A stretch of 64,000 nt of DNA from Thermodesulfobacteriota bacterium (GCA_963675595.2 CAXXLZ010000001.1:352001-416000); one strand, 5' to 3'. Counted from the stretch's first letter, positions 10,308 to 20,107 are shown. The notes: generated by a model from the sequence alone, not told the origin. Translations and numbers: made by a program.

Positions 10308-10615
10308 AGAGCGAAAGCACGGAAGAACTTCCGTTTGCAGCGAAGTGGGTCCGAACTCGTTATCGACCCGTGGAGCGCTTTTGGCTTTAGGTCTACAGCC
10401 GGTCGAGATATAATCAGGCCGAGTAAAAAGGAGTGCCAAACAGGTTGGGGGGTCGGATTCGGCGTGTTTTGAGAGGCGCCCTACTACCACACACTCGATC
10501 CTTCAAGCGACAGCGAGGACATCGAATGCCGGGAAAAGGCAAGCGGATACTTTCACCGAGGGAGTCGTCACACAGCACCGGATGACCTATAAAATCCCCT
10601 GCAAGAGAGGAATAC

Positions 10616-13069
10616 GTGATGGAGATCAGGTCGAGATCGTGCTTCGTATGTCTGATGCTTGCCGTTTCCGCCTGCTTCATGGCGACAACCGCTCTCGCTC
10701 AATATCAAGGTATTTGGAAAGACACCGCTGATCCCCCGTCGCATAATTTCTACATACAGCATTATTCCACGGGTTCCACCATCGTCATCCATACGTCGGA
10801 TGCGATCACCTTTCATGCCTTTCTCGCAAACATTTCCGGGAATCGATTCGAAGCGGACTCCCTTGATGCGGATCGGAACATGCATCTGGTCATTACGTTC
10901 ACGACCGGAAGTCTGGGAACCGCGACACTGACCGACAACAGCACTGGAGCATCCGCCTACGCAAACGTGGAGAAGAAATTCGCGGCCGTCAGAACCATGC
11001 ATTCGGGGGTCTGGAAAGACGCGGCTTCCGTTTTCAACATGTACGTCCAGGACTACGAAGCGGGTTCCACCGTCATTGTCTATACCTTCGATGCGGTCCA
11101 CTTCGAGGCCTTCTTGGGCAAGGTCGATCAGTTCTTGTTTGCGGCGCAAAACATGGCCGATCAAAGCCTGGAAATGGACATGATGTTCTCTGCCTTCGAT
11201 GAGGGAACGGTGACCGTGGAACCCGAGGCAACGACCGGATACCGGCCTTGGGCGGCTCCGTTCACATATGATTTGACCAAGGTGTTTCAGCCTGCGGAGT
11301 TGGATATCGACATTCTGTGCACGCCCGCCTCCGGGCCTTCTCCTCTGGAAGTTGAGTTCGCAGGGGCGTCGACCATCACATTCATCAGCTGGAGCTGGGA
11401 CTTCGGTGACGGTGGGACGAGCATGCAACAGTATCCCCAGCACACCTACAGCTCGCCGGGGACGTACACGGCAGTGCTCACCATGAGCAACCCTCTGCTT
11501 TCCATGACCTGCATCGCATCTGAACCCGTGATCGTGCAGCAGCCCGGAGCAAACCCGGTGATCGGCGGCACGGTGACTCTTTCCACCGGCGGGGGAGGTC
11601 TCGCGGGGGTGACCCTGACCGCCGGCAACGGAGGGGGCTCCACAACCACGGACAGCGGCGGAGCCTATTCCATTACGGTGACCGGCGGGTGGAGCGGAAC
11701 CCTGACCCCGTCCCTATCCGGATACACCTTCAACCCCGCGTCACAATCCTTTGCCAGTGTCACGTCGAACAAGACCCAGAATTTCGTCGCCACTCCGGAT
11801 ACCGGTCAAACCATCACCATTTCCGGTACCATCACGGCTTCAGGCGCGGGTCTTTCCGGTGTCGCGGTTGTCCTCAGCACGGGCCAGTCGACCACTACCA
11901 GCGCTTCAGGCGCCTACTCCTTTACCCTTGCCGAAGGGTGGAGCGGTGTCGTAACGCCGTCCCTCACGGGTTATACCTTCACTCCCGGGTCACAAGCTTT
12001 CACCAATGTCACATCAAACCGAACTCAGAACTTTACGGCCTCCGCGCAAGCCGTGACCATTTCCGGGACGGTCTCACTGTCCGGAGGCGGCGGAATCGGT
12101 ATGGTGCAAATCGAATTTCAGAATCTCGGACTCATATTCACCGATTCCTGGGGCAATTACAGCTATGACGTCCCCTACAACTGGGCGGGAACCGTCACGC
12201 CGTACAAGGAGAATTACAGTTTTACTCCTTCCCAGGCGTACCCCAACGGCGTTACCGTCGATTTGACGGGCGTTGACTTCGTGGGTTCACTTATTCAGCA
12301 ATATATGCCCGTATCCGGTAATGTGACCGACAGCGGGTCGGGACTGGGGATTCAGTGGGTGCAAATCAGTCTCCAAGGATGGGGAACCACTTCCACGGAT
12401 GCCCAAGGCACATGGAGCACCCAAGTGCCCTATGGCTGGGGAGGTTCCATATCCGCGAGCCTGACCGGTTATACCTTTTGGCCTGTGGAGCTCATTCTCA
12501 GCAGCGTAACTTCTCCGGCCACAGGGATAAATTTCACGGGAACGGCCGTTCAGACGGATGTCACCCTCTCCGGCACGATTACCGACGGCAGCCAAGGCGT
12601 CAGTGGAGTCACCCTCTCCTACACGGGCGACAGCGCCACCGGCACCACCACTACAGACGCTACGGGTCACTATTCCTTTACGGTGCCGTCGGGCTGGTCC
12701 GGATATGCCTCGCCCTCCAAAACCGGCTGGACGTTTGCACCTCCGTCAATCGGCTACTCGAACCAGACCACGGATTCCGTGCAGTCGTACACAGGTTTTC
12801 CACCGGAGCCCACCATCTCGGGAACCGTTACCGCCGATCCTATTTACGGGAGTGGGCCTCTGTCGGGTGTGGAAGTGATTTTCACCACCAGTGGGGGGGG
12901 CGTCTGGGCGGTGTACACGGACAGTTCCGGCTACTATTCCTCAACCGTCCCCTACAATTGGAGCGGCGGCTGGGTTGCAAGTTTGACAAACTGGACGTTC
13001 AGCCCAACGTTTTATAACGCCGCTTGGGTGATTGAAGACCTCGACAATGCGGATTTTGTGGGAAAATAG
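10616..13069 (+). CDS. Secreted/surface protein with PKD domain and about six Ig-like beta-sandwich repeats
   Basis: Signal peptide; WSWDFGDGG...HTYSSPGTY PKD motif; repeats of ISGT..GV..TTD..GxYSxTVPxGWSGxxTPSxxGYTFxP. Confidence 0.85.
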   Translation: MMEIRSRSCFVCLMLAVSACFMATTALAQYQGIWKDTADPPSHNFYIQHYSTGSTIVIHTSDAITFHAFLANISGNRFEADSLDADRNMHLVITFTTGSLGTATLTDNSTGASAYANVEKKFAAVRTMHSGVWKDAASVFNMYVQDYEAGSTVIVYTFDAVHFEAFLGKVDQFLFAAQNMADQSLEMDMMFSAFDEGTVTVEPEATTGYRPWAAPFTYDLTKVFQPAELDIDILCTPASGPSPLEVEFAGASTITFISWSWDFGDGGTSMQQYPQHTYSSPGTYTAVLTMSNPLLSMTCIASEPVIVQQPGANPVIGGTVTLSTGGGGLAGVTLTAGNGGGSTTTDSGGAYSITVTGGWSGTLTPSLSGYTFNPASQSFASVTSNKTQNFVATPDTGQTITISGTITASGAGLSGVAVVLSTGQSTTTSASGAYSFTLAEGWSGVVTPSLTGYTFTPGSQAFTNVTSNRTQNFTASAQAVTISGTVSLSGGGGIGMVQIEFQNLGLIFTDSWGNYSYDVPYNWAGTVTPYKENYSFTPSQAYPNGVTVDLTGVDFVGSLIQQYMPVSGNVTDSGSGLGIQWVQISLQGWGTTSTDAQGTWSTQVPYGWGGSISASLTGYTFWPVELILSSVTSPATGINFTGTAVQTDVTLSGTITDGSQGVSGVTLSYTGDSATGTTTTDATGHYSFTVPSGWSGYASPSKTGWTFAPPSIGYSNQTTDSVQSYTGFPPEPTISGTVTADPIYGSGPLSGVEVIFTTSGGGVWAVYTDSSGYYSSTVPYNWSGGWVASLTNWTFSPTFYNAAWVIEDLDNADFVGK

Positions 13070-13078
13070 GATCTAGAT

Positions 13079-13118
13079 AGCCGGCTCCCCTGGAATTACG
13101 GGGGCAAGTCGGCTTTTC
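13079..13118 (+). terminator. Probable intrinsic terminator
   Basis: AGCCGGCTCCCC...GGGG GCA AGTCGGCT hairpin followed by TTT, right after the stop codon. Confidence 0.5.
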
Positions 13119-13380
13119 CGCTTTTGCCCCTTACCCAGCCCCATGATCGGCTTTTCGACGCATTTTTCGATGTCGGGATTTGTTGCGATTTCGGATTCCA
13201 TTCTCTCAATCATGCAGCTTGCCCGGCTGTATATGAACATCCGGGACCGCCTTGCGACTTGACAAGACCTGTTTTCTCCGGGGCGCCAAGTTCAGGCAGC
13301 CGAACACGTTGGTCGGCCCGTTGCGTACGATTCCGCGTGACGACATGGGTTGAATTTCGTCCACGCGCAAGTTCCGGAAC

Positions 13381-13605
13381 TTGGAAGTACCGTCTATGCC
13401 CAATGCTTTTCATGCGAAACGCGAAAAACTAATAAAAGACGGCGTGGTCAAGGATTTCATCTTTATGAAAGATTATCTCTTTTCGAGTCCATCAACAGCT
13501 GCAGCAGTTGTTATGGGCCGCGGCGCTAATGGCTTGATCGAGTGGAAGCGCAATGATGGCAGCACGTTAAAGGATAACCAGCCAAAATCAGAAGATATCT
13601 GCTAA
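13381..13605 (+). pseudogene. DUF4357 domain fragment (usually C-terminal to a GIY-YIG nuclease)
   Basis: FMKDYLFSSPSTAAAVVMGRGANGLIEWK signature; no N-terminal nuclease domain upstream. Confidence 0.7.
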
Positions 13606-13796
13606 CCTGCCTCCACTATAATCTCTATTTGACACCACCAACGGCGACAGCGGCATGCGCTCCCGGCTTGGACTTTGGAAGGCTTGTATTGGTTGCGGGA
13701 AACGCACTCGGCCTTGCCCCGCGTCCCCCGGGATGGGCAGGCGGGACTGATCGTTGAGTGGGGGCGGGGAACTTGAACGGGAGTGGGGGAGGGAAG

Positions 13797-14579
13797 ATGA
13801 ACCGGATTTCGGAAACCGCAACCATTGAAGACGGGGTCGTCATGGGGGACGGCAACGTCATCCATGATTATGTCCTGATCAAGAAAGGAACCGTGCTGGG
13901 GGACGGCAACGAGATCGGCCGGTTTTCCCAAGTGGGCCCCTTTGTCACCATGGGCGACCGCAACAAGCTGGACTTCCAGGTGGTGCTCGGCGGAGCCCCC
14001 CAGGACTTGGCCTACAAAGGGGAAAAGAGCGGTTTGACCATCGGCGACGACAATACGTTTCGGGAGTTCTGTACCGCACATCGGGGGGACGGCAAAGGGT
14101 CGGATACCCGAATCGGGGACCGGAACTTCTTCATGGGATACACCCATGTGGCCCACAACTGCCGGGTGGGGAACCATTGTGTATTGACCAACTATGTGGG
14201 GCTGTCCGGGTATGTGGTCATGGAGGATTATGCTATTTTGGGAGGCCACGCCGGTTGCCGGCAGTTCTGCCGGGTGGGGGCCCATTCCATGGTGGGGGGC
14301 ATGACCAAGGTCAATCTTGATGTGCCTCCTTACGCCCTGGCGGACGGGGCTATCGCGGGGGTGAGGGGGGTGAACGTCGTGGGATTGAAAAGACGGGGAT
14401 TTTCAAGGGAAGAGGTTCAGCGCATCAAGGAATGCTTTGAGATGCTCTTTCAGCCGGGCAGGATATTGAAACAAGCTCTCGATCGAATGGCGGACACCTT
14501 TCCCAACGATCCCCATGCAAGGCGAATCATTGATTTTTGCTCAGCTTCCAAACGGGGGATCACGCCGTTTAACAAGTGA
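13797..14579 (+). CDS. lpxA: LpxA-family UDP-GlcNAc acyltransferase, divergent stand-alone copy
   Basis: Hexapeptide repeats; PQDL, FREFCTAHRG, HVAHNC, DVPPY, NVVGLKRRGF motifs. Confidence 0.85.
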   Translation: MNRISETATIEDGVVMGDGNVIHDYVLIKKGTVLGDGNEIGRFSQVGPFVTMGDRNKLDFQVVLGGAPQDLAYKGEKSGLTIGDDNTFREFCTAHRGDGKGSDTRIGDRNFFMGYTHVAHNCRVGNHCVLTNYVGLSGYVVMEDYAILGGHAGCRQFCRVGAHSMVGGMTKVNLDVPPYALADGAIAGVRGVNVVGLKRRGFSREEVQRIKECFEMLFQPGRILKQALDRMADTFPNDPHARRIIDFCSASKRGITPFNK

Positions 14580-14602
14580 CCAGGAAACGCGCCCGGGAGT
14601 TT

Positions 14603-15448
14603 TTAGGGGGTATCTCCCGAAGGATTCAGCAATAGAGGCATCCGGCCGGATTCACCTTCAAATACAATGATCTTGCTGTTGTCGGACTTGCCCAGCTCGC
14701 CCAGGGTTCTGATTTTCATCCATCTGAGCAGGTCGTCGTTCAGGCTTTCGTTCACCACCTTCTGATAAGCGTTGATGCTGTTGGCTTCGATCTCCCGGCG
14801 CTTGGCCTCGTCCTGCTCTTTCTTCAGGATGAACTCGTAAGCCAGGGCGTCCTGCTGGAGTTTGAGTTTGTTTTCGATGGCCTTGTTGATGGGGCCGGGC
14901 AGTTCCACCTTTTCCACCACCACTTCCTCGACGAGGAAAGGGAGCCCGGTCAATTCCCGCTGGGTTTCCCTGAGTATCTGCTCCTGGAATCTGTCCATGG
15001 CCGTAGTGTACAGGTCTTCAGGGAGGTATTTTCCCACAACCTCGCGAGCGGAGGCGTAGATCGCCGGAACCAGGATTTTTTCGATGTAATCGGTGCCGAT
15101 ATGGGTGGTGAGCTCCTTCAGTTCATCCGGGTTCGGATGAAAAATGGAGGAGATGCGCAACTCCACAAAGAGTCCGTTTTTGGTGAGGGCATCCACATCC
15201 AAGGTCTTTTTCTGTTTGGTGACGTCGTAGATGTACATCCTGTTCCACGGGGCCACCGTGTACAGGCCCGGATCGTACCTTTCATTGGAGAGGGGGTCGG
15301 CGGACAGGGCCTGGAAGAGGATGCCGGCCTGACCCGGATAGATGTAGATGAAAATGGACTGAGAGAAGTAGACCAAAAAAAAGAGGAGCACAAACAAGAG
15401 GGAAACGAATTTTATCTTATGGTCTCCGATGATCTTGAACACCTTCAT
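14603..15448 (-). CDS. SPFH/prohibitin (band 7) membrane protein
   Basis: N-terminal TM, PGLYTVAPWN, AREVVGKYLPEDLY, coiled AIENK...EAKRREIEA region. Confidence 0.88.
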   Translation of the reverse strand: MKVFKIIGDHKIKFVSLLFVLLFFLVYFSQSIFIYIYPGQAGILFQALSADPLSNERYDPGLYTVAPWNRMYIYDVTKQKKTLDVDALTKNGLFVELRISSIFHPNPDELKELTTHIGTDYIEKILVPAIYASAREVVGKYLPEDLYTTAMDRFQEQILRETQRELTGLPFLVEEVVVEKVELPGPINKAIENKLKLQQDALAYEFILKKEQDEAKRREIEANSINAYQKVVNESLNDDLLRWMKIRTLGELGKSDNSKIIVFEGESGRMPLLLNPSGDTP

Positions 15449-15493
15449 TGATACACCCCATCCTTTGGATCCTTTGGAATTGAAGTCGGCGGA

Positions 15494-17134
15494 TCAGGTT
15501 GAAACGATTTTGCCGTTTTCCAGCTTGATCACTCGGTCCGCCACATGGAAATATTTTTCATCGTGGGAAACCGCAATAATGGTTCTGCCCCGGGCCTTTA
15601 GTTCCTGCAGGTATTCTTCGTAGAAGAATTTTCGGAACTGGGGATCAAGGTCCGCGGTCACTTCATCCATCACCAGAATCGGCGCAGCTTCCACGTGGGT
15701 GGACAGGAGGGCCAGTCGTTTTCTCTGGCCGGCGGAAAGGTTCAGGTTGGTGAAACACTCTCCGTTCCAACCCGCAAGTCCGCCCATGCCCAATTTCACC
15801 AATATGGAATCGACCACTCCGGGGTCCACGGTCTTCATGCCGTAAAACCGGTCGAACAGGTAATAATCCGGGAAGATGATTCCGAACAATTCCCGGTAGT
15901 CCTCATAACAGGAATCGTCGATCAGCCGGTCCTTCAGGAAGATACGGCCGGCATCGGGAGGATAGAGACCGGTGAGGAGCTTAAGCAGGGTGGTCTTGCC
16001 CGAGCCGTTTCCTCCGATGATGAAGATGAGCCGGCCCGGTTCAATGTCCAGGGACAGGGGGCCCAGGGTGAAGGTGTAATCGTTCCTTTCACCGGGATAA
16101 TGAAAGGACACGTCTTCCAGGCGAATGGATAAATCCGACGGTGCCGAGGAGGCGAACCGGCCTGCATAGGGCCGGGATGTTTCCGCCGCTGCGGTTAGTT
16201 CCGTTTCCAATCGGTTGATTTTTTCAATCGCTCTTTCGGACTTGAGAATGAGGGGGATGTTCAACACGATACGGGTCATGGAACCGTAGGAGAACAGAAC
16301 CACGGCGGCGATACGGATAATGTCCGCGGATTGGACCGACCCCAGGCGGGGCAGCAGAAAGATCATGGCGGCCACCAGGGCGTAATAAAAAGACTGGATA
16401 AAAGCGATGTTTACCGACATCTGATTCTCGGCCTTGACTCGAGATTGCTTGGCGGCTTCCGATGTGGGCATTACGTAATTCTCCAGCAGATCCTTTCCTT
16501 TTTCGTGGTTCACCTTGATTTCCTTGAACCCTTCCAGGAAATACTTGAAAATATCCTTGAACCGGTCCTCCAGGACCGTGGTTTCCTTGAGCAGCTTCTG
16601 GGCCCGTTTCAGGTTGGAGGTATAGACGAAAATACCGAAAATATAGAACACGACAATGGTCATAATGGCGGATTTGGAGATCAGGGCGATATACACGGCA
16701 CAAAAGACGATCATCACCACAGCCGCCCCAACGCTTGCCAGGGACTTGGAAGTTTCCAGGATGATGTCCGTGTTGGTGTAGAGGGTGGCGTAGATTTGCT
16801 GCTTACCGGTCTGTTCGAACGAAAGGGTCCGGGTATTCCGTAACTTGTCCGCGATCCCCACAAAGGTGGAAAAGATGATGCTTTCCGTCAGGGCAATGGT
16901 TTTCGAGTTGGCGTAGTAGCCGGCAACGCTGTAGGCGGCCAACACCAGCAGAAACATCAGCAACATCCTGAGCCGGGGCCCGCCGTCCATGATGTCGCCG
17001 GCCGCCTGGTTGATGATGAGGACGATACAGCCCTGGAGTACACCGGTGATGAATGCGGCAAAGATGATGCCGAACCATGCCTGCTTGTTTTCCTTGATGA
17101 ACAGCCTGTACAACCCGAATCTTGTTAGGGGCAT
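15494..17134 (-). CDS. Cyclic-peptide export ABC transporter (SyrD/PvdE/YojI family)
   Basis: TM domain with GFKEIK; GGNGSGKTT, LSAGQRKRLAL, DEVTADLDPQFRKFFY, SHDEKYF. Confidence 0.9.
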   Translation of the reverse strand: MPLTRFGLYRLFIKENKQAWFGIIFAAFITGVLQGCIVLIINQAAGDIMDGGPRLRMLLMFLLVLAAYSVAGYYANSKTIALTESIIFSTFVGIADKLRNTRTLSFEQTGKQQIYATLYTNTDIILETSKSLASVGAAVVMIVFCAVYIALISKSAIMTIVVFYIFGIFVYTSNLKRAQKLLKETTVLEDRFKDIFKYFLEGFKEIKVNHEKGKDLLENYVMPTSEAAKQSRVKAENQMSVNIAFIQSFYYALVAAMIFLLPRLGSVQSADIIRIAAVVLFSYGSMTRIVLNIPLILKSERAIEKINRLETELTAAAETSRPYAGRFASSAPSDLSIRLEDVSFHYPGERNDYTFTLGPLSLDIEPGRLIFIIGGNGSGKTTLLKLLTGLYPPDAGRIFLKDRLIDDSCYEDYRELFGIIFPDYYLFDRFYGMKTVDPGVVDSILVKLGMGGLAGWNGECFTNLNLSAGQRKRLALLSTHVEAAPILVMDEVTADLDPQFRKFFYEEYLQELKARGRTIIAVSHDEKYFHVADRVIKLENGKIVST

Positions 17135-17228
17135 GCCGGAACATCCTTAAGACATGAAACCAGGGTGCGGTCGGACAAAAGGACCGTTTTTCAACGGTCC
17201 GCAACGATCCGATCTCTTCAACGTGCCG

Positions 17229-17897
17229 CTAGATCTGCAGGCGGGAGAACATCGGCTCCTCAATGTCGACCGGGTTCTCGAGAACCGCCCGGATACCGAT
17301 CATCACTCCCGCAGCCGATGTCTCCACCGACATGCTGGGAGCACCAAGGTTTTCCTCCAGCGCCGCCGTGCTCGGCAGATGAGGGAGGTGGATCCACCCC
17401 GCGCGAACGTGCAGACCCGCCGTCGCGATATGATGGAGTATCCCGTACATCAGGTGATTGCAGCAGAAGGTGCCCGGCGCGTCCGAAATATCGGAGGGGA
17501 TACCCGCCTCCCGCATTGCCTTCACCATGGCTCGAATCGGTAGTGTGGTGTAATAGGCCGCGGGACCGCCGGGAACGGTGGGTTGATCTTGAAGCGCGCA
17601 TCCGTCATTGTCCACCAGTCCATATCTGGTTGAATCGTTCAGGTTTTGAGCAATCCTCTCCACCGTTATGACGGCGCGCCCCCCGAACTCCCCCATCATG
17701 ACAACAACGCTCGGATGAACGTCGTCCATAGCTGCGCGCACGAAATCAACAGCTTTGAAGAAGGTGTTGGGGACAACCTTTCCCACGATCTTCGAGCCGT
17801 TCACCAGGGAGCCGTCGAGCTCCCGCACTACCTGTTCCGCCGGATTTATGGGCGTATTTCCGAAAGCTTCGAATCCCGTCAATAGAACCGTGGCCAA
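17229..17897 (-). CDS. pcp: Pyroglutamyl-peptidase I
   Basis: VLLTGFEAFG, ITVERIAQN, GTFCCN (catalytic Cys), WIHLP (catalytic His). Confidence 0.93.
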   Translation of the reverse strand: MATVLLTGFEAFGNTPINPAEQVVRELDGSLVNGSKIVGKVVPNTFFKAVDFVRAAMDDVHPSVVVMMGEFGGRAVITVERIAQNLNDSTRYGLVDNDGCALQDQPTVPGGPAAYYTTLPIRAMVKAMREAGIPSDISDAPGTFCCNHLMYGILHHIATAGLHVRAGWIHLPHLPSTAALEENLGAPSMSVETSAAGVMIGIRAVLENPVDIEEPMFSRLQI

Positions 17898-18052
17898 CGT
17901 GCCCTCCTTTCAAAGGTTGTAACAACATCGAGACTCTGTCGATGTTCCGGCCACGGCTTCGGCATAGAGAGCGGGACTCCGGGGCCTCGCTCCGTTTGGT
18001 AGGACTCCAAAAAGCCGGATTTCCGCCGGTCCTTCAGCAGTTCCTTCAGCCT

Positions 18053-18835
18053 CTATTTGCACAACGCCCTGTCCCATTCGGCCTGGGATAAAATCAGGAG
18101 CGTCTGTACCGTACCGTTTTCCACCAGGGTCTTGATTCGTTCGCTCATGGCGGCGTGGTACTTGTCATAGCACGGGGACTTTTTGGAGAAGGCCGTGAAC
18201 ATCTTGAAGGCGTTGAGCTGAGTTGGGAGAATTTCGACGGCATCGTCGAGGTCGAGCCTGGCGATTTCGGCCATTCCGGGATACAGGCCGATGATGAGAT
18301 AATCCCCTTCACCCCGGAGGAGCATGCGGAAACACGCCTCGACTCCGTCGCCCCGGATTACGTTGAGGTGCTTCGCCATGTAAGCGTCGAACTCCGTGCC
18401 GTAACTTTCGCCTTGATTGGTCACGCCTTTCCGGTCCTTCAGGTCCGCCCATTGGGCGAAGGGAAAGGATTTGCCTTTTGGGACCGCCAGAACCACGGGG
18501 TCCTGTATGTAGGACGGTTCGACATAGTGCATGTATTCCGCGCGGGTGTCGTCGTAGTAAATGCCGAAAATCATGTCGACCTCTCCTTTGCGCACGGCTT
18601 CCTGGGCGGCCGCCCAGGATCCCGAGGATTTGACCGTCACTTCCAAGCCCAAATCACGACCGATCATTTCCATCATCTTGGCGGACGCGCCTTTGATGTG
18701 ATCGCCGTCCTTCCACGACACCGGAGGATACGAAGGATGTCCCGTGACGACGAGTTCGGCACAATCCCCGGCCCACACCCAAGAGGTGCACAGGGTCAAA
18801 CAGATGGACAGAATCGCACAGGTCGTCTTTCTCAT
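18053..18835 (-). CDS. ABC-type substrate-binding protein (SBP_bac_3 family)
   Basis: Signal peptide; HPSYPP, GESYGTEFD, AFSKKSPC motifs. Confidence 0.85.
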   Translation of the reverse strand: MRKTTCAILSICLTLCTSWVWAGDCAELVVTGHPSYPPVSWKDGDHIKGASAKMMEMIGRDLGLEVTVKSSGSWAAAQEAVRKGEVDMIFGIYYDDTRAEYMHYVEPSYIQDPVVLAVPKGKSFPFAQWADLKDRKGVTNQGESYGTEFDAYMAKHLNVIRGDGVEACFRMLLRGEGDYLIIGLYPGMAEIARLDLDDAVEILPTQLNAFKMFTAFSKKSPCYDKYHAAMSERIKTLVENGTVQTLLILSQAEWDRALCK

Positions 18836-19104
18836 GGCTTCCTCCCGAATTTTGTGGAACGACTCGGTCGGTGAATCACACCGTTGCCGGGTCGAGGCCC
18901 GGTTCTTGGTTTTCATTCATGAAAAAGACTTTTGGGGAACGGTCCCACCCATGCCTTTCTTCAAAGCCGGTTAAACGTTCCTCGTCTCCGTCACGCCCGC
19001 ACGGGGCCGGGGCAAAACCGAAGAATGACGCCGTAAATGGGTGTTCCACACCATGAATTTCCGACCCTGTCGTTTTATTGTGCGGAAAACGGAATGTTTT
19101 GTAA

Positions 19105-19142
19105 AGCACGGTGCGAGTCTCACAGCACGGTGCGAGTCTCAC
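19105..19142. repeat. Perfect 19-bp tandem duplication
   Basis: AGCACGGTGCGAGTCTCAC x2 (19105-19123, 19124-19142). Confidence 0.95.
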
Positions 19143-19720
19143 TCGGGCCCGGACGGATATCTTCGCGAATCGGATCGTGAGCATTTGCGACATGGGAGCG
19201 GAACATCGAATTGAGTTTACCGCCGAAATCCTGACACTCCGGCGCCTTGCACGAGCCGATTCGACGCTCGTGGCAACTGTGGGATTCTGATGCGTTCCGT
19301 CGGATCGGGAACCACCGCCGGGTCGCGGTATCGGACCTCTGCTAGGCGGACGATCATGGAATAATACGTGGTATCGGTGGGTTACATGGTAGGTCTTGCG
19401 GGGGTAAAGAGATCGTTCCGGGGGGCCTCGGGAGCGACTTCGGGGGAGGTGCCGGGTTGTGAGGTGGGCCCGATGGAACGAGGCGTCGAGGGGGTTCTTG
19501 GGATCGGGAGGGAAATGGAACGCTATTTGCACTGCATCGAGTCCAACGTTCCGGAGGAACGGCAGGCGGCTCCGGGAACCTTGAATCGCAGGCCATCGGG
19601 GGCGATTCCCTTCAGGGGGTGGTGAAAGAATCTTCCTCCTGAAATTGCCGCGAGGAAAATAATTCGCAGCCCTTCAAGGGGGTCGAGGAATCCGCTCCGG
19701 CGGAATTGAGGGAAGCACAC

Positions 19721-20107
19721 ATGACGGTAGATCAGTTGGATGAGGAAAGAGAGAAGAGGCTCAAGCTGGAGGGCGCGTTGGAAATGGCGGGAGCCACCGC
19801 CGAGGAGCTCAACCGGCCGCTTACCATCATTCAGTTTCTGCTGGATTCATTGCTCAAAGAGAGCGACGTTCACGATCCCAAGCAGCCGTACCTGAAGCTG
19901 ATTTCGGAACAACTTTACCAGATCGCCGAGTTGGCCCGTCGAATCAACAACGTCTGGACCTATGAGACCAAGGAGGCGGGGAACGGGAGGAGCGTCATAG
20001 ATTTGAACAAGTCGGTTTCTCCCTGCGTCGAACGGGATCGCATTAGCTACAGCGGTGAGTATTGGAAACTGTCGGCAGAGCTGAAGACCAAGTTGGGGAG
20101 GACATGA
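19721..20107 (+). CDS. Small HisKA-like dimerisation-domain protein lacking the phospho-His
   Basis: LEGALEMAGATAEELNRPL resembles GVLEMAGAxxHELNQPL H-box; YETK...IDLNKS tail; no HATPase domain. Confidence 0.65.
   Translation: MTVDQLDEEREKRLKLEGALEMAGATAEELNRPLTIIQFLLDSLLKESDVHDPKQPYLKLISEQLYQIAELARRINNVWTYETKEAGNGRSVIDLNKSVSPCVERDRISYSGEYWKLSAELKTKLGRT

Noticed and set aside
19368-19625. 85-aa ORF in the long intergenic region
   Set aside because: No recognisable motif or clear RBS; cannot be supported as a gene
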